Shown here: piece after piece, positions 23,788 to 33,500 of the stretch | Layout of the letters: each line of letters begins with the position of its first letter | Numbering within the stretch: position 1 is the first letter of the stretch | Assembly (NCBI GenBank): GCA_044229475.1 | Contig: JBGASW010000003.1 | Location: 738,425 to 802,424, forward strand | Origin: Thermoanaerobaculia bacterium | GTDB lineage: Bacteria > Acidobacteriota > Thermoanaerobaculia > UBA5066 | Reading direction: 5' to 3' | DNA: 64,000 nucleotides | Position numbers and translations under genes: made by a program | Notes under the pieces: generated by a model | Told to the model about the DNA's origin: nothing | The model's database searches: none | What the model saw: the letters and a program-made list of their open reading frames with translations, nothing else

Positions 23788-24636
23788 CTACCCGATCGTC
23801 TCCCGCCGGAGCTGGTCGAAGCTCAGAAGCGCCGACAGGAACTGGGGCAGCGAGGCGAGCGGGAGCTGCGTGGCCCTGTCGGATTTCGCGTGCGCCGGGT
23901 CGTCGTGGACCTCGAAGAAGTAGCCGTCCACCCCGACCGCCGCGGCGGCGCGGGCGAGGGCCGGGGCGTACTCGCGCGAGCCGCCCGTCTCCTTGCCGAG
24001 GCCGCCGGGGAGCTGAAGGGAGTGCGTCGCGTCGTAGATCACGGGGACGCCGAGCGCGCGCATCATCGGGAGCCCGCGGAAGTCCACGACGAGGTTGTGG
24101 TAGCCGAACGTCGTCCCGCGCTCGGTCAGCGTCACGTTCGTGTTTCCCTTCGCGCGGCACTTGTCGACGATCTGCTTGCAGTCGTCCGGCGCGAGGAACT
24201 GGCCTTTCTTCACGTTCACGGCCTTCTTCGTCGCGGCGGCGGCCTCGATGAGATCCGTCTGGCGGCACAGGAAGGCCGGGATCTGCAGGACGTCCGCGAC
24301 CTCGGCCGCGATCGCGCACTGCTCGGGCTCGTGGACGTCCGTGAGGATCGGGAGGTCGGTCCTCTCCTTCACCTCGGAGAGGATCGACAGGCCCTTCTCA
24401 ATTCCCGGGCCGCGGAAGCTCGCTCCCGCGCTCCGGTTCGCCTTGTCGAAGGAGGACTTGAAGACGAGGCGGTCGGCCGCGCCGCAGTCGGCGAAGACCT
24501 GCTTGATCGCCTTCGCCATCTTCAGGGCGTGCGCGCGCGACTCGAGGACGCAGGGTCCGGCGAAGAAGACCGGCCGGCAACGGTCGCCGACGGAGAGGTG
24601 GGGCGTGATGGAGGCGAAGACCTTCACGCGGAGCAT
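23788..24636 (-). CDS. kdsA: 3-deoxy-8-phosphooctulonate (KDO8P) synthase
   Basis: Full-length match to the KdsA pattern (FKSSFDKANRS, LTDVHE, QIPAFLCRQTDL, NVKKGQF, LTERG, YDATHS). Confidence 0.95.
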   Translation of the reverse strand: MLRVKVFASITPHLSVGDRCRPVFFAGPCVLESRAHALKMAKAIKQVFADCGAADRLVFKSSFDKANRSAGASFRGPGIEKGLSILSEVKERTDLPILTDVHEPEQCAIAAEVADVLQIPAFLCRQTDLIEAAAATKKAVNVKKGQFLAPDDCKQIVDKCRAKGNTNVTLTERGTTFGYHNLVVDFRGLPMMRALGVPVIYDATHSLQLPGGLGKETGGSREYAPALARAAAAVGVDGYFFEVHDDPAHAKSDRATQLPLASLPQFLSALLSFDQLRRETIG

Positions 24637-24694
24637 GTTACCGAACGCGGCTCCCTCCCGTGCGCGCCGGGGCGGGCGGCCTCAGAATGGAGGC

Positions 24695-26374
24695 ATGAAG
24701 AAGACGCCGCTCGATCCCTCCTTTGCCGGCCTCGGCCTCGATGCGCGGCTCGTCCGGGCCCTCGCGGCCCTGGGGTACGAGGAGCCCACTCCCATCCAGA
24801 GCGCGTCGATTCCGCCCATGCTCGAAAGCCGCGACGTGCTCGCGCAGGCGGCCACCGGTACGGGGAAGACCGCCGCGTTCGCGCTGCCGATCCTCCACCG
24901 AATCGGAGCCGCCGAGAAGCGCGGGACGGCTCCCATGGCCCTCGTCCTCGTCCCGACGCGCGAGCTCGCGATGCAGCTCGCCGAGGCGTTTCACCGGTAC
25001 GGTCGCGAGATCGGCGTGCGCGTTCTCCCCGTTTACGGCGGCGCGTCGATGGTGGCGCAGCTCAATGCCTTGAAGCGGGGCGTCGACGTCGTCGTCGCGA
25101 CGCCGGGCCGGGCGCTCGACCACGTGAACCGCAGGTCGCTCGCGCTCGACGGCCTCGTCGCGCTCGTCCTCGACGAAGCGGACGAGATGCTCGACATGGG
25201 CTTCGCCGAAGACCTCGACGCGATCCTCGCGGCGACGCCGAAGACGCGCCAGACGGCGCTCTTCTCGGCGACGCTCCCGGCGCGCATCGGCGCGATCGCG
25301 GCCAAGCACTTGAAGGACGCCGTGCGCATCACGATCGCAAAGGACAGCGTCACGCCCGGCAAGCTGCCGAAGGTGCGCCAGACGGCATACGTCGTCGCGC
25401 GCGGGCACAAGCGCGCGGCGCTCGGCCGCATCCTGGACCTCGAGAGCCCGGCGGCTGCCCTCGTCTTCTGCCGCACCCGCCTCGAGGTCGACGACCTCAC
25501 GGAGAGCCTCAAGGGCCGCGGGATGCGCGTGGAGGCGCTCCACGGCGGCATCTCGCAGGAGGGGCGCGACCGCGTCATGAAGAAGCTCCGCACGGGCGCG
25601 CTCGAGCTCGTCGTCGCCACGGATGTCGCGGCACGCGGCCTCGACATCTCGCACCTCTCGCACGTCGTGAACTACGACGTCCCGTCCTCGCCCGAGGTCT
25701 ACGTTCACCGCATCGGCCGGACCGGGCGCGCGGGGCGCGAAGGCGTCGCGATCACGCTCGCCGAGCCGCGCGAGCACTGGCAGCTGAAGAACATCGAGCG
25801 CCTCACAAAACAGAGGATCGAGGTCGCGAACGTCCCGACGGTCGCCGACCTCCGCGCGAAGCGCCTCGAGCTGACGCGTGCCTCGCTCGAGGAGGCGATC
25901 GTCGAGGGCGGCCTCGAGCACTACCGCGTCGTCGTCGAGTCCCTCGCGGAGGATCACGACCCGATGGACGTCGCTGCGGCCGCCGTGCGTCTGATCGAGC
26001 GCGCCTCCGGGGCGCCGGGGGAGGACGAGCCCGAGATTCCGGCTGTCGCCGTCCCGCCGCCGTCGCGCCGGGCGTCTCCCGCGGCCGGAGCCGGACCCGG
26101 GCGCTACAAGTTCGGAGGGCGCGATTCCGGGACTTCGGCGCGCCTCTTCGTGGGCGCGGGACGGGCGGCCGGGATGCGTCCGGCGGACCTCGTGGGTGCG
26201 ATCGCGAACGAAGCGAAGGCGAATCCGCGCGACATCGGCGCGATCCAGATCGCGGACCGCTTCTCGCTCGTCGAGGTGCCTGAAGCGATCGCCGAGACCG
26301 TGATCCGGGCACTCCGGAATGCGACGATACGGGGCCAGAAGGTCGTCGTGCGGCGCGACCGCGACAAGGCCTGA
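24695..26374 (+). CDS. DEAD-box ATP-dependent RNA helicase (DeaD/CsdA-like with DbpA-type C-terminal domain)
   Basis: GGAGG before ATG 24695. Q-motif region, AQAATGTGKT, DEAD, SAT, HRIGRTGRAG. Confidence 0.92.
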   Translation: MKKTPLDPSFAGLGLDARLVRALAALGYEEPTPIQSASIPPMLESRDVLAQAATGTGKTAAFALPILHRIGAAEKRGTAPMALVLVPTRELAMQLAEAFHRYGREIGVRVLPVYGGASMVAQLNALKRGVDVVVATPGRALDHVNRRSLALDGLVALVLDEADEMLDMGFAEDLDAILAATPKTRQTALFSATLPARIGAIAAKHLKDAVRITIAKDSVTPGKLPKVRQTAYVVARGHKRAALGRILDLESPAAALVFCRTRLEVDDLTESLKGRGMRVEALHGGISQEGRDRVMKKLRTGALELVVATDVAARGLDISHLSHVVNYDVPSSPEVYVHRIGRTGRAGREGVAITLAEPREHWQLKNIERLTKQRIEVANVPTVADLRAKRLELTRASLEEAIVEGGLEHYRVVVESLAEDHDPMDVAAAAVRLIERASGAPGEDEPEIPAVAVPPPSRRASPAAGAGPGRYKFGGRDSGTSARLFVGAGRAAGMRPADLVGAIANEAKANPRDIGAIQIADRFSLVEVPEAIAETVIRALRNATIRGQKVVVRRDRDKA

Positions 26375-26388
26375 GAGGGAAACGGCGC

Positions 26389-26877
26389 ATGTCCATCCGC
26401 ATCCTCGTCACGGGCGGGACGTTCGACAAGGAGTACGACGAGCTCACGGGACGGCTCTTCTTCAAGGAGACTCACATCCACGAGATGCTTCGCCTCGGCC
26501 GCTGCCGCGAGCCCGTGACGGTCGAGACCGTGATGATGGTCGACAGCCTCGACATGACGGACGACTGCCGCGCGCGGATCGCGGACGCCTGCCGGCGCGC
26601 GCCGGAAGACCGGATCGTGATCACGCACGGCACGGACACGATGGTCGAGACGGCGGCGGTCCTCGCGAAGGAGCCGACCGCGAAGACGATCGTCCTGACC
26701 GGCGCGATGGTGCCCTGGGCGTTCGGAAGCTCGGACGGGCTCTTCAACCTCGGGAGCGCGATCTCGTTCGTCCAGATTCTGCCTCCGGGCATCTACGTCG
26801 CGATGAACGGGCGCTATTTCGACTGGCACGACGTGCGGAAGGACCGCGCGGCCGGGACCTTCGAGACCGTGAAGTGA
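26389..26877 (+). CDS. short asparaginase-domain protein (N-terminal asparaginase fold only)
   Basis: TGGT, HGTDT and LTGAM motifs in a 162-aa protein. Confidence 0.7.
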   Translation: MSIRILVTGGTFDKEYDELTGRLFFKETHIHEMLRLGRCREPVTVETVMMVDSLDMTDDCRARIADACRRAPEDRIVITHGTDTMVETAAVLAKEPTAKTIVLTGAMVPWAFGSSDGLFNLGSAISFVQILPPGIYVAMNGRYFDWHDVRKDRAAGTFETVK

Positions 26878-26888
26878 AAGGCGCCGGG

Positions 26889-27698
26889 ATGAAGATCCCT
26901 CGGCCGAAGATTCTCCGAATGGTCCCGTGCGCGGGCCTCGGCCTCGCGCTTCTTGCAGCGGCTCGCGCGGTGTCCGCGCCGGCGCCGGTCTCGCGCGGGC
27001 TGACGTTCGCGTTGTCGTTCGACGCGAGGGGCCGCGCGATAACTCGTGGACCCTTCGCGCTTCGGGTACCCGGGACGAAGAATTCCTTGAAGGTGGTCTT
27101 CGACTCCGTCGCGCTTTCCGGAGGGATGCTCGACGCCCCGATTCGTCTCCTCAATGAAAGCGGAGCCGACCTGTTCGCCCTACGGATCGACCTCGCGGGC
27201 GTGACCGAGAGCGTGAAGCCGCAGGGACAGGCCGCGTTTTCGCGCGACCAGGACGTCGCGCCTCCGCCTCCGCTCGCCTTCGATGCGATTCGCTCCGGTG
27301 CCGAGACTCCCGGAGGCCTCTTTCGCGGAGGTCCTCTCTCCTTCTCGGAAGACACCGAGGTCGTCGTCGTCCTCGGCGTCGTGTCGGGCGTCGCCGCGGT
27401 GCCTTCGAATCCGAAGGTCGACGTCCGGACGCCCTCGACGAAGGCCTCCGCGTGCCCGGGCGCCGCGCCGGCCTGCCGTGTGGACGCCGAGGGAAACGTC
27501 TGGCGGGTCGAGCCCGCCGAGGGAGAGAAGCCGGGGGGGCTCTCCGAACGCAGCCGCGACGGCGGAGTGATCCGCTCGCTCCGGTTCGAGCGCGGAGACA
27601 GGCCCGTCGACCTCTCGATCGCGCCGGACGGGCGTCTGCTCGTCTTCTTCGACGACGGGTCGAAGGACGGCGCGGTGCGCGCGTTCCGGCCGTTCTGA
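26889..27698 (+). CDS. secreted hypothetical protein
   Basis: ATG 26889. Signal peptide ...GLGLALLAAARAVSA. No family recognised. Confidence 0.55.
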   Translation: MKIPRPKILRMVPCAGLGLALLAAARAVSAPAPVSRGLTFALSFDARGRAITRGPFALRVPGTKNSLKVVFDSVALSGGMLDAPIRLLNESGADLFALRIDLAGVTESVKPQGQAAFSRDQDVAPPPPLAFDAIRSGAETPGGLFRGGPLSFSEDTEVVVVLGVVSGVAAVPSNPKVDVRTPSTKASACPGAAPACRVDAEGNVWRVEPAEGEKPGGLSERSRDGGVIRSLRFERGDRPVDLSIAPDGRLLVFFDDGSKDGAVRAFRPF

Positions 27699-27699
27699 T

Positions 27700-28125
27700 C
27701 TAGCGGCGCTGGACCGTCGTCGGCGCGCCCGACACGGCGACGAGCAGGTTGAAGTCCGCTCGGTAGAGCGGCTGGGCCTTCGCGTCGAACCCCGCGGGGA
27801 TCACGAACATCTCGAACGTGCCGGCCTTCGGATGGTCGACGGTGTACGTCGCCTCCCGGAGCCTCTCGCCGCCGGGCGCGACGAGCGTGAGCGTGAACTG
27901 CCGGGTGCTCCCGCGCAGCGCTCTCTCCGAGTAGTCCGTGAGGACGAGGTCCACCGGATCGCGGCGCTCGAACCCGCGGAACCGGAAGGTCTCGCCGACG
28001 AGCGCCTTGAAGGCGCGGCCGTCGGGAACGTCCGGTCCCGCGCCGAGGAGCGAGGACGGGCCGAGGGCGGCGGCCGCCACGCCGGTCGCGAGGGTCGTGA
28101 GGAACTGCGCGCGCGTCGTCTTCAT
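27700..28125 (-). CDS. small exported protein (Tat-like N-terminus), paralog of 28165-28461
   Basis: ATG 28125 after GGAGG. MKTTRAQFLTTLATGVAAAAL. Core LVGETFRF...FTLTLVAPGGERL...HPKAGTFEMFVIPAG...YRADFN. Possibly the DUF6916-type domain (from memory, unverified). Confidence 0.6.
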   Translation of the reverse strand: MKTTRAQFLTTLATGVAAAALGPSSLLGAGPDVPDGRAFKALVGETFRFRGFERRDPVDLVLTDYSERALRGSTRQFTLTLVAPGGERLREATYTVDHPKAGTFEMFVIPAGFDAKAQPLYRADFNLLVAVSGAPTTVQRR

Positions 28126-28164
28126 GGGGTGCCTCCAGGCGGGTTCTGTGCCACGATCCGATGG

Positions 28165-28461
28165 ATGCTCGGGGAGCTGACGTACTCGAATTTCTTCGAA
28201 AGGGTCGGACAGGAGTTCCGCATCGCGGCGGGTGAGGGCGTCGCCGTCCTCGTTCTGACCGAGGTCACGGATCTCGCACGGCCGGAGAGCCCGTCGCCGC
28301 GCCGCAAGCCGTTTTCGCTGGTCTTCCGCGGTCCCCGGGCGCCCGTTCTCCCGCAGCGCATCTGGCCGCTCGAGCACGCGGCGCTCGGGAGGCTCGAGAT
28401 TTTCCTCGTGCCGATCGGGCCCGACGCGGAAGGCATGCGGTACGAGGCCATCTTCAACTGA
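28165..28461 (+). CDS. small cytoplasmic paralog of 27700-28125
   Basis: High third-position GC. RVGQEFRI...FSLVFRGPRAPVL...HAALGRLEIFLVPIG...YEAIFN aligns motif-for-motif with the neighbour. Confidence 0.6.
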   Translation: MLGELTYSNFFERVGQEFRIAAGEGVAVLVLTEVTDLARPESPSPRRKPFSLVFRGPRAPVLPQRIWPLEHAALGRLEIFLVPIGPDAEGMRYEAIFN

Positions 28462-28948
28462 CACCGGCCCCGACGGCTTCGGGCTTCCACTCCATCAGGA
28501 CGTACATCCCCTGCTCGCCTTTGGGCGCGAACCCGAGCCGCTCGTAGAGGACGCGCGCAGGGTTGAAGATCTCGACGTGGATCGTGACGGGTTTTCCGTC
28601 CCGGGCGGCCTCGGAGAAGAGACCTTGAATGAGCTCGGTGCCCACGCCACGCCCCCTGAAGTCGGGCAGGAGCGCGATGTCGACGAGGCGGATCTCCTTC
28701 GGCCACCGCTGGACGTAGAGGCGGCCGGCGGGAGTGCCGTCCACCTCGACGACGAACCTCTCGGCCTCCGGATACTGCTCGTCCCAGTACGAAGTCTGCG
28801 CGTCGAACTGCTGGCGGACGAAGGCGGCCTTCTGCTCGTCCGTCCACGGAACGGGCGCGAGCTCCTCCGTGCGCGTCGAGCCGTAGATCCGGCAGAGGAG
28901 GTCGCGGTCCTCCGGGCGGATCGGGCGCAGCGCGATCACCTTCGTCAC
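28454..28948 (-). CDS. GNAT-family N-acetyltransferase
   Basis: VDIALLPDFRGRGVGTELI acetyl-CoA motif. 164 aa. Confidence 0.85.
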   Translation of the reverse strand: MTKVIALRPIRPEDRDLLCRIYGSTRTEELAPVPWTDEQKAAFVRQQFDAQTSYWDEQYPEAERFVVEVDGTPAGRLYVQRWPKEIRLVDIALLPDFRGRGVGTELIQGLFSEAARDGKPVTIHVEIFNPARVLYERLGFAPKGEQGMYVLMEWKPEAVGAGVS

Positions 28949-28955
28949 GGCGGCG

Positions 28956-29474
28956 TCAGGTCCGCGGCGGATAGACGCCCTGGAGAGCGATGCAGAAGTT
29001 GAGCGTCAGGTACGGCTGCATGTTGTTGTGCGGCTGGTCGCCGCCCGCGGGGGCGAGCATCTGGCCGTCCATCTGCGTGTTCGGGGTCCCCTGGTAGAGG
29101 GTTCCTCCGGACGAGAGGGCGAGCGACGCCGCGGGAGAAGGCACGTTCGTGTCGGCGAGATCCACGACGTCCGCCCTGAGGTTGTGCGAGTGGGAGGGAA
29201 TCTCGGACTCGAGGAGCGAGACCGTCTCGGAACCGCCCGTCTCGCCGAGATCGTGGAGCGACAGCCCCGGACCCTGGCCGGGGTGCATCGGGGCGTTGCC
29301 CTGCATGTTCGGCAGGGCGAAGTTGCTCTTGCCGTCGCCGCCGTACGTCGTGCCGAGCAGCGAGAAGAGCGCCGTGTTCTGCGAAAGCGGCAGGATCTGA
29401 CCGTCGCAGAACGCCCAGCCCTTCGGGGCGAAGTTGAACGGGAAGATGCGGATCTCGGCGACGAAGGGATCCAT
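28956..29474 (-). CDS. phage tail-collar domain (MdpB/COG4675-like) protein 3
   Basis: PFVAEIRIFPFNFAPKGWAFCDGQILPLSQNTALFSLLGTTYGGDG...IPSHSH...GGDQPHNNMQPYLTLNFCIALQGVYP. GAGGAG RBS. Confidence 0.9.
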   Translation of the reverse strand: MDPFVAEIRIFPFNFAPKGWAFCDGQILPLSQNTALFSLLGTTYGGDGKSNFALPNMQGNAPMHPGQGPGLSLHDLGETGGSETVSLLESEIPSHSHNLRADVVDLADTNVPSPAASLALSSGGTLYQGTPNTQMDGQMLAPAGGDQPHNNMQPYLTLNFCIALQGVYPPRT

Positions 29475-29484
29475 GCGGCTCTCC

Positions 29485-29988
29485 TCAGGTCTGGCTCGGG
29501 AAGATCCCGAACAGGGAAATGATGAAATCGACGCAGAGGTACGGCTGGAAGTTGTTGTGCGGCTGGCTGCCGCCGACGGAGCCGACCGCGTTCGCGCTCA
29601 TCGTTCCGTTCGGCACGTCGTTGATGTAGGGCGTCACGTTGAACGACGCCGCGAGGACGTTGCCGCCCGGCGACGTCTGTCCGCCCGGCGAGGTGGACGC
29701 CAGGACGGGATGCGAATGCGACGGGATCTGGGAGACCGTGAGGGTGACCGTCTCGACGCCCCCCGTCTCGGCGAGAACGAAGCCGTTGCCGAAGTGGAGC
29801 GGCACGCGCCCGCGCAGGTCGGGGAGGGCAAACGTCGACTGCCCGTCGCCGCCGTACGTCGTGCCGATGAGGTTGAAGAGCGTCTCGTACTCGGAGATGG
29901 GCAGGAGCTGGCCTTCGCAGAACATCCAGCCCGCGGGAGCGAAGTTGCCCGCGAAGATCCGGATCTCGCCGACGTAGGGTTGCGCCAT
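29485..29988 (-). CDS. phage tail-collar domain (MdpB-like) protein 2
   Basis: PYVGEIRIFAGNFAPAGWMFCEGQLLPISEYETLFNLIGTTYGGDG...GGSQPHNNFQPYL...FGIFPSQT. Confidence 0.9.
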   Translation of the reverse strand: MAQPYVGEIRIFAGNFAPAGWMFCEGQLLPISEYETLFNLIGTTYGGDGQSTFALPDLRGRVPLHFGNGFVLAETGGVETVTLTVSQIPSHSHPVLASTSPGGQTSPGGNVLAASFNVTPYINDVPNGTMSANAVGSVGGSQPHNNFQPYLCVDFIISLFGIFPSQT

Positions 29989-29998
29989 TGCATGCCTC

Positions 29999-30499
29999 CT
30001 AGGTCTGGCTCGGGAAGATGCCCTGGAGGGCGATCGAGAAGTTCAGGACGAGGAACGGCTGCATGTTGAGGTGCGCCTGCGAACCGCCCACGTTCAGGAG
30101 GCTCGCCGGATTGAGCGCGGTGAGGTTCGTGGGCGGGTGGTAGGCGTTGTTGGCGCCGCCGAGGACGCTGCCGCTCGGGCTCGCCGTCCCGCCCTGGGCC
30201 AGAGAGGAGGCGCCGACCACGTGCGTGTGCGTCGGCAGCTCCGAGATCGTGAGCGTGTGCGCCTGCTCGCCCCCGCGCTCGCCGAGCGTGTGCCCACTCC
30301 CCATGTGGATCGGGACCTGCCCCTGGAGGTTCGGCAGGGCGAAGTTCACGCGCCCGTCGCCGCCGTACGTCGTGCCGAGCAGCGAGAAGAGAGCCTGGTT
30401 CTGGTTGATCGGCAGGAGCTGGCCGTTGCAGAGGGCCCAGCCCTTGGGCGGGAAGCTGAAGCTCATGATCCGGATCTCGGCGAGGAAGGGCTCAGCCAT
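29999..30499 (-). CDS. phage tail-collar domain (MdpB-like) protein 1
   Basis: PFLAEIRIMSFSFPPKGWALCNGQLLPINQNQALFSLLGTTYGGDG...GGSQAHLNMQPFLVLNFSIALQGIFPSQT. AAGGAGG RBS. Confidence 0.9.
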   Translation of the reverse strand: MAEPFLAEIRIMSFSFPPKGWALCNGQLLPINQNQALFSLLGTTYGGDGRVNFALPNLQGQVPIHMGSGHTLGERGGEQAHTLTISELPTHTHVVGASSLAQGGTASPSGSVLGGANNAYHPPTNLTALNPASLLNVGGSQAHLNMQPFLVLNFSIALQGIFPSQT

Positions 30500-30529
30500 T
30501 GAAACCTCCTTGGCTCTGTGACGATGTGC

Positions 30530-33500
30530 TCACGGGCAGCTCCCGGCCCCGCCCGTGAAGCCGCCGCCGGTGGGGACCGTGTTCGACGCGAGTCCCGAGG
30601 CGCCGCCGTTGTTGCCGGACACGAACGCCACGGCGGCCGCGTTGTCGTTGTTCGCGCCGGCGTAGTTCGGCAGGCGGAGCGTGGTCGCCTGGCGCTGCCG
30701 CAGGCGGAAGTCGGCGACGATGCCGGTGGGAGGCACGGCGTCGGCCCCGCTCCCCGTCATCGAGTTCGAGACGATATCGGCGCACACCTGATATGTGTCT
30801 CCGACAACCGTTCCATCGTTCACGTGGATGCCGTTCTTCGGAAGCCCGATCGTGCCCGCCGTGTTGCCCGGCTGCGCGATCGTGTTCCCCGTGATCGTCG
30901 CGTTGAGGGCGCCCGGCATGGCGGACGCGCCGCCTCCCGTCAGAAGCTCGATGCCGAAGACGTTGTACTGGCGGATCTGGTTGTTCGTGATCGTGACCTT
31001 CACCGTGCCCTGGCCGGCGTTCTGCACCTTGATGCCGTCGCCCTCGGCGGAGCCCGTGTTCGCCGCGCCCGAAACGCCGATCGTGTTGTTGTCGAACGTG
31101 CCGGTCACGGTGGCGGAGCCCGTGGACTTGAAGAAGAGGATCGCGTGGCCCACGGCGTCGCGGAGGGTGTTGTTCGAGAAGTTGGACGTAATGTTGCCCG
31201 TGCCGTTGCTTCCGATCGTCACGCCGCCCCCGCCCGTCGCGATGGCGCTGTTGCCGTTCGTGAGCGTGTTGCCCGTGAAGACGAGGTCGTCCGCGCCCGT
31301 CCCGATGTTGTTCAGCTGGAAGAGGTCGCCTGCGGCGCTCTTGAAGAAGCTGTTCTGGACCGTGACGTTCACGACCGCGGCGCCCTGGGATTCGATCGTG
31401 AGCGCGTCGTTCGCCGGGCTCGCGCCGCTCACGTCGAACGTGACGTTCGAGAACGTGATCCGGTTCAGCGTCCCGCTCGTGTTCACGAGCCGGAAGTTGT
31501 TGGAGAAGCCGCCCTGGATGTTGCTGTTCGAGACGGTCGCGGATCCCGTCAGGTTGTCGAAGGAGACCGCCCCGTCGTTGTACGGCGTCGCGCCGTTCGT
31601 CCCGGTCGTCCCGTCGAGGAAGCACGTGTCCATCGTGAACCCGGCGACGCTCGTGCCGCGCAGGCCGTAGTTCGAGTTCGACCGGATCCGCAGGCGTGTC
31701 AGGGAGACGCTCGCGACGTTGTTCAGGACCACGCCCGACCCGACCGGAACGGCCGAGGAGTCGTCGCCTCCGGTCATGTTCTGGATCGTGCCGCCGGAGC
31801 ACGTCGTATCTGCGGGGCCGCAGGCGCCGCCCGCCCCGGTCACGGTGAAGCTGCCGCCCGTGAAGTTGGAGAGGACGATTCCGGCCGTTCCGCCGTTGGC
31901 GCTGACGGACGTGAACGACATCACTCCCGTGTTGCCCGTGCCCTGGATGTCGATCGCCGTCCCGGTCGTCGTCGTGATCGTCCGGGCGGTAACGCTGACG
32001 CCCGTGACGGTCGCGTAGCTCGAGCCGTTGAAGTTCGTGATCGCCCGCGACGTCGTCGTCGCCATGTCGATCCCGCTCACGTTGACGAAGCTCGCGAGCG
32101 TGAGCGTGCCCGACAGAGTCGGCGTGTTCGCGGCGCTGCCCGCCACCGTGAGGATCGGCGAGACGGTGGGGACGTTGAGCGTCGCGCCGGCGCCGACGAG
32201 CCGCTGGCTCGTCTTCATCGCGTAGGCGCCCGTCGTCGAGCCGGAGCCCTTCGCGACGTAGATGAAGTCGCCGCTGCCGGTCGAGGCGGTCCCGACCGCC
32301 GCCATGGTCTTGAGCGGGGTGCTCGACCGGCCGTCGTTCGTGCCGGACGCCGTCGCGTTGTCGACGTACCAGACCATCCCGCTCAGCGTGAACGTCAGGC
32401 TCGCGGTGGCCGTCGTGGGCGTGGGCGTGCCGGCCGTGTTGGAGGAAACCGTGTACGTGCACGTCGCCGACGTGGCGGCGACGTCCGGCGTGAAGATGAA
32501 GCGGCCGACCAGGTCGAACGTCGCGATCGTCCCGCCCGACGAGCAGCTGGCGGCGGAGACCCAGGTGGCGCCGAGCGGCTGCACGCCGTTCAGAAGAGCG
32601 GTCCCGCTCGCGACGGCCGGCGTCGCGGGGGCGCCCGCGACCCCGGTCACATAGACCTGAGTGTTCCCGACGCCCGTGTAGGACTGCGACGGGGCCGTCG
32701 GTGCCACGGTCACCGTCACGCTCTTCGAGCCCGTGCAGCCGCCCGCGTCCGTCGCCGTGATCGTGGCCGAGAACGTGCCGGTCGCCGTGGGCGTGCCCGT
32801 GACGGCGCCGGTCGAGGAGTTGATCGCGACGCCGCCGGGGAGCCCCGTGGCCGACCACGTGATCGTCGAGGTCGTCCCGCTCTGCGAGAAGGTCGCCGTC
32901 GACATCGCCGTGTTGTAGGCGAGGGCCGGGATCGTTCCGCTCACCGTGATCGTCGGGCAGGTGAGGACGAGCGTGTACGTCGCCGACGTCCCGAAGCATC
33001 CGTTCGTGTCCGTCGCCTTGACGACGATCGGGAAAGAGCCCGTCTCGGTCGGCGTGCCGGAGAGGACTCCGGTCGACGGGTTGAGCGTCACACCGGCAGG
33101 CAGCGTGCTCGCGGTCGACCACGTGACCGTCCCGAGGATGCCGCTCGCCGTGAACGTCTGGCTGAACGAGTTGCCCTCCGTCCCGGTGGTGGTCGCGGGG
33201 ATCGTCACGGTGATCGTCTGGCAGTCGATGACGAGCGTGTAGGTCGCGCCCGTGCCCGTGCAGCCGTTCGCGTCCGTTGCCTTGACGACGATCGGGTAGG
33301 TGCCCGCCTGCGACGTCGTGCCCGAGAGCGTGCCGTCCGCCGCGAGCGTAAGGCCCGTCGGCAGCGTGCTCGTCGTCGAGAACGTCGCCGTGCCGCTGCC
33401 TCCGGACTGGGAGAACTGCTGGCTGAAGGCGACTCCGGCCGTTCCGGTCGTCGTCGACGGATTCGTTACGGCGATCGTCGGGCAGGTCGTCACGAGGCTG

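Noticed and set aside
28956-30499. The tail-collar genes as evidence of a prophage or tailocin.
   Set aside because: No other phage structural, lysis, replication or integration genes occur anywhere in the window. There is no flanking tRNA or direct repeat, and composition matches the host.
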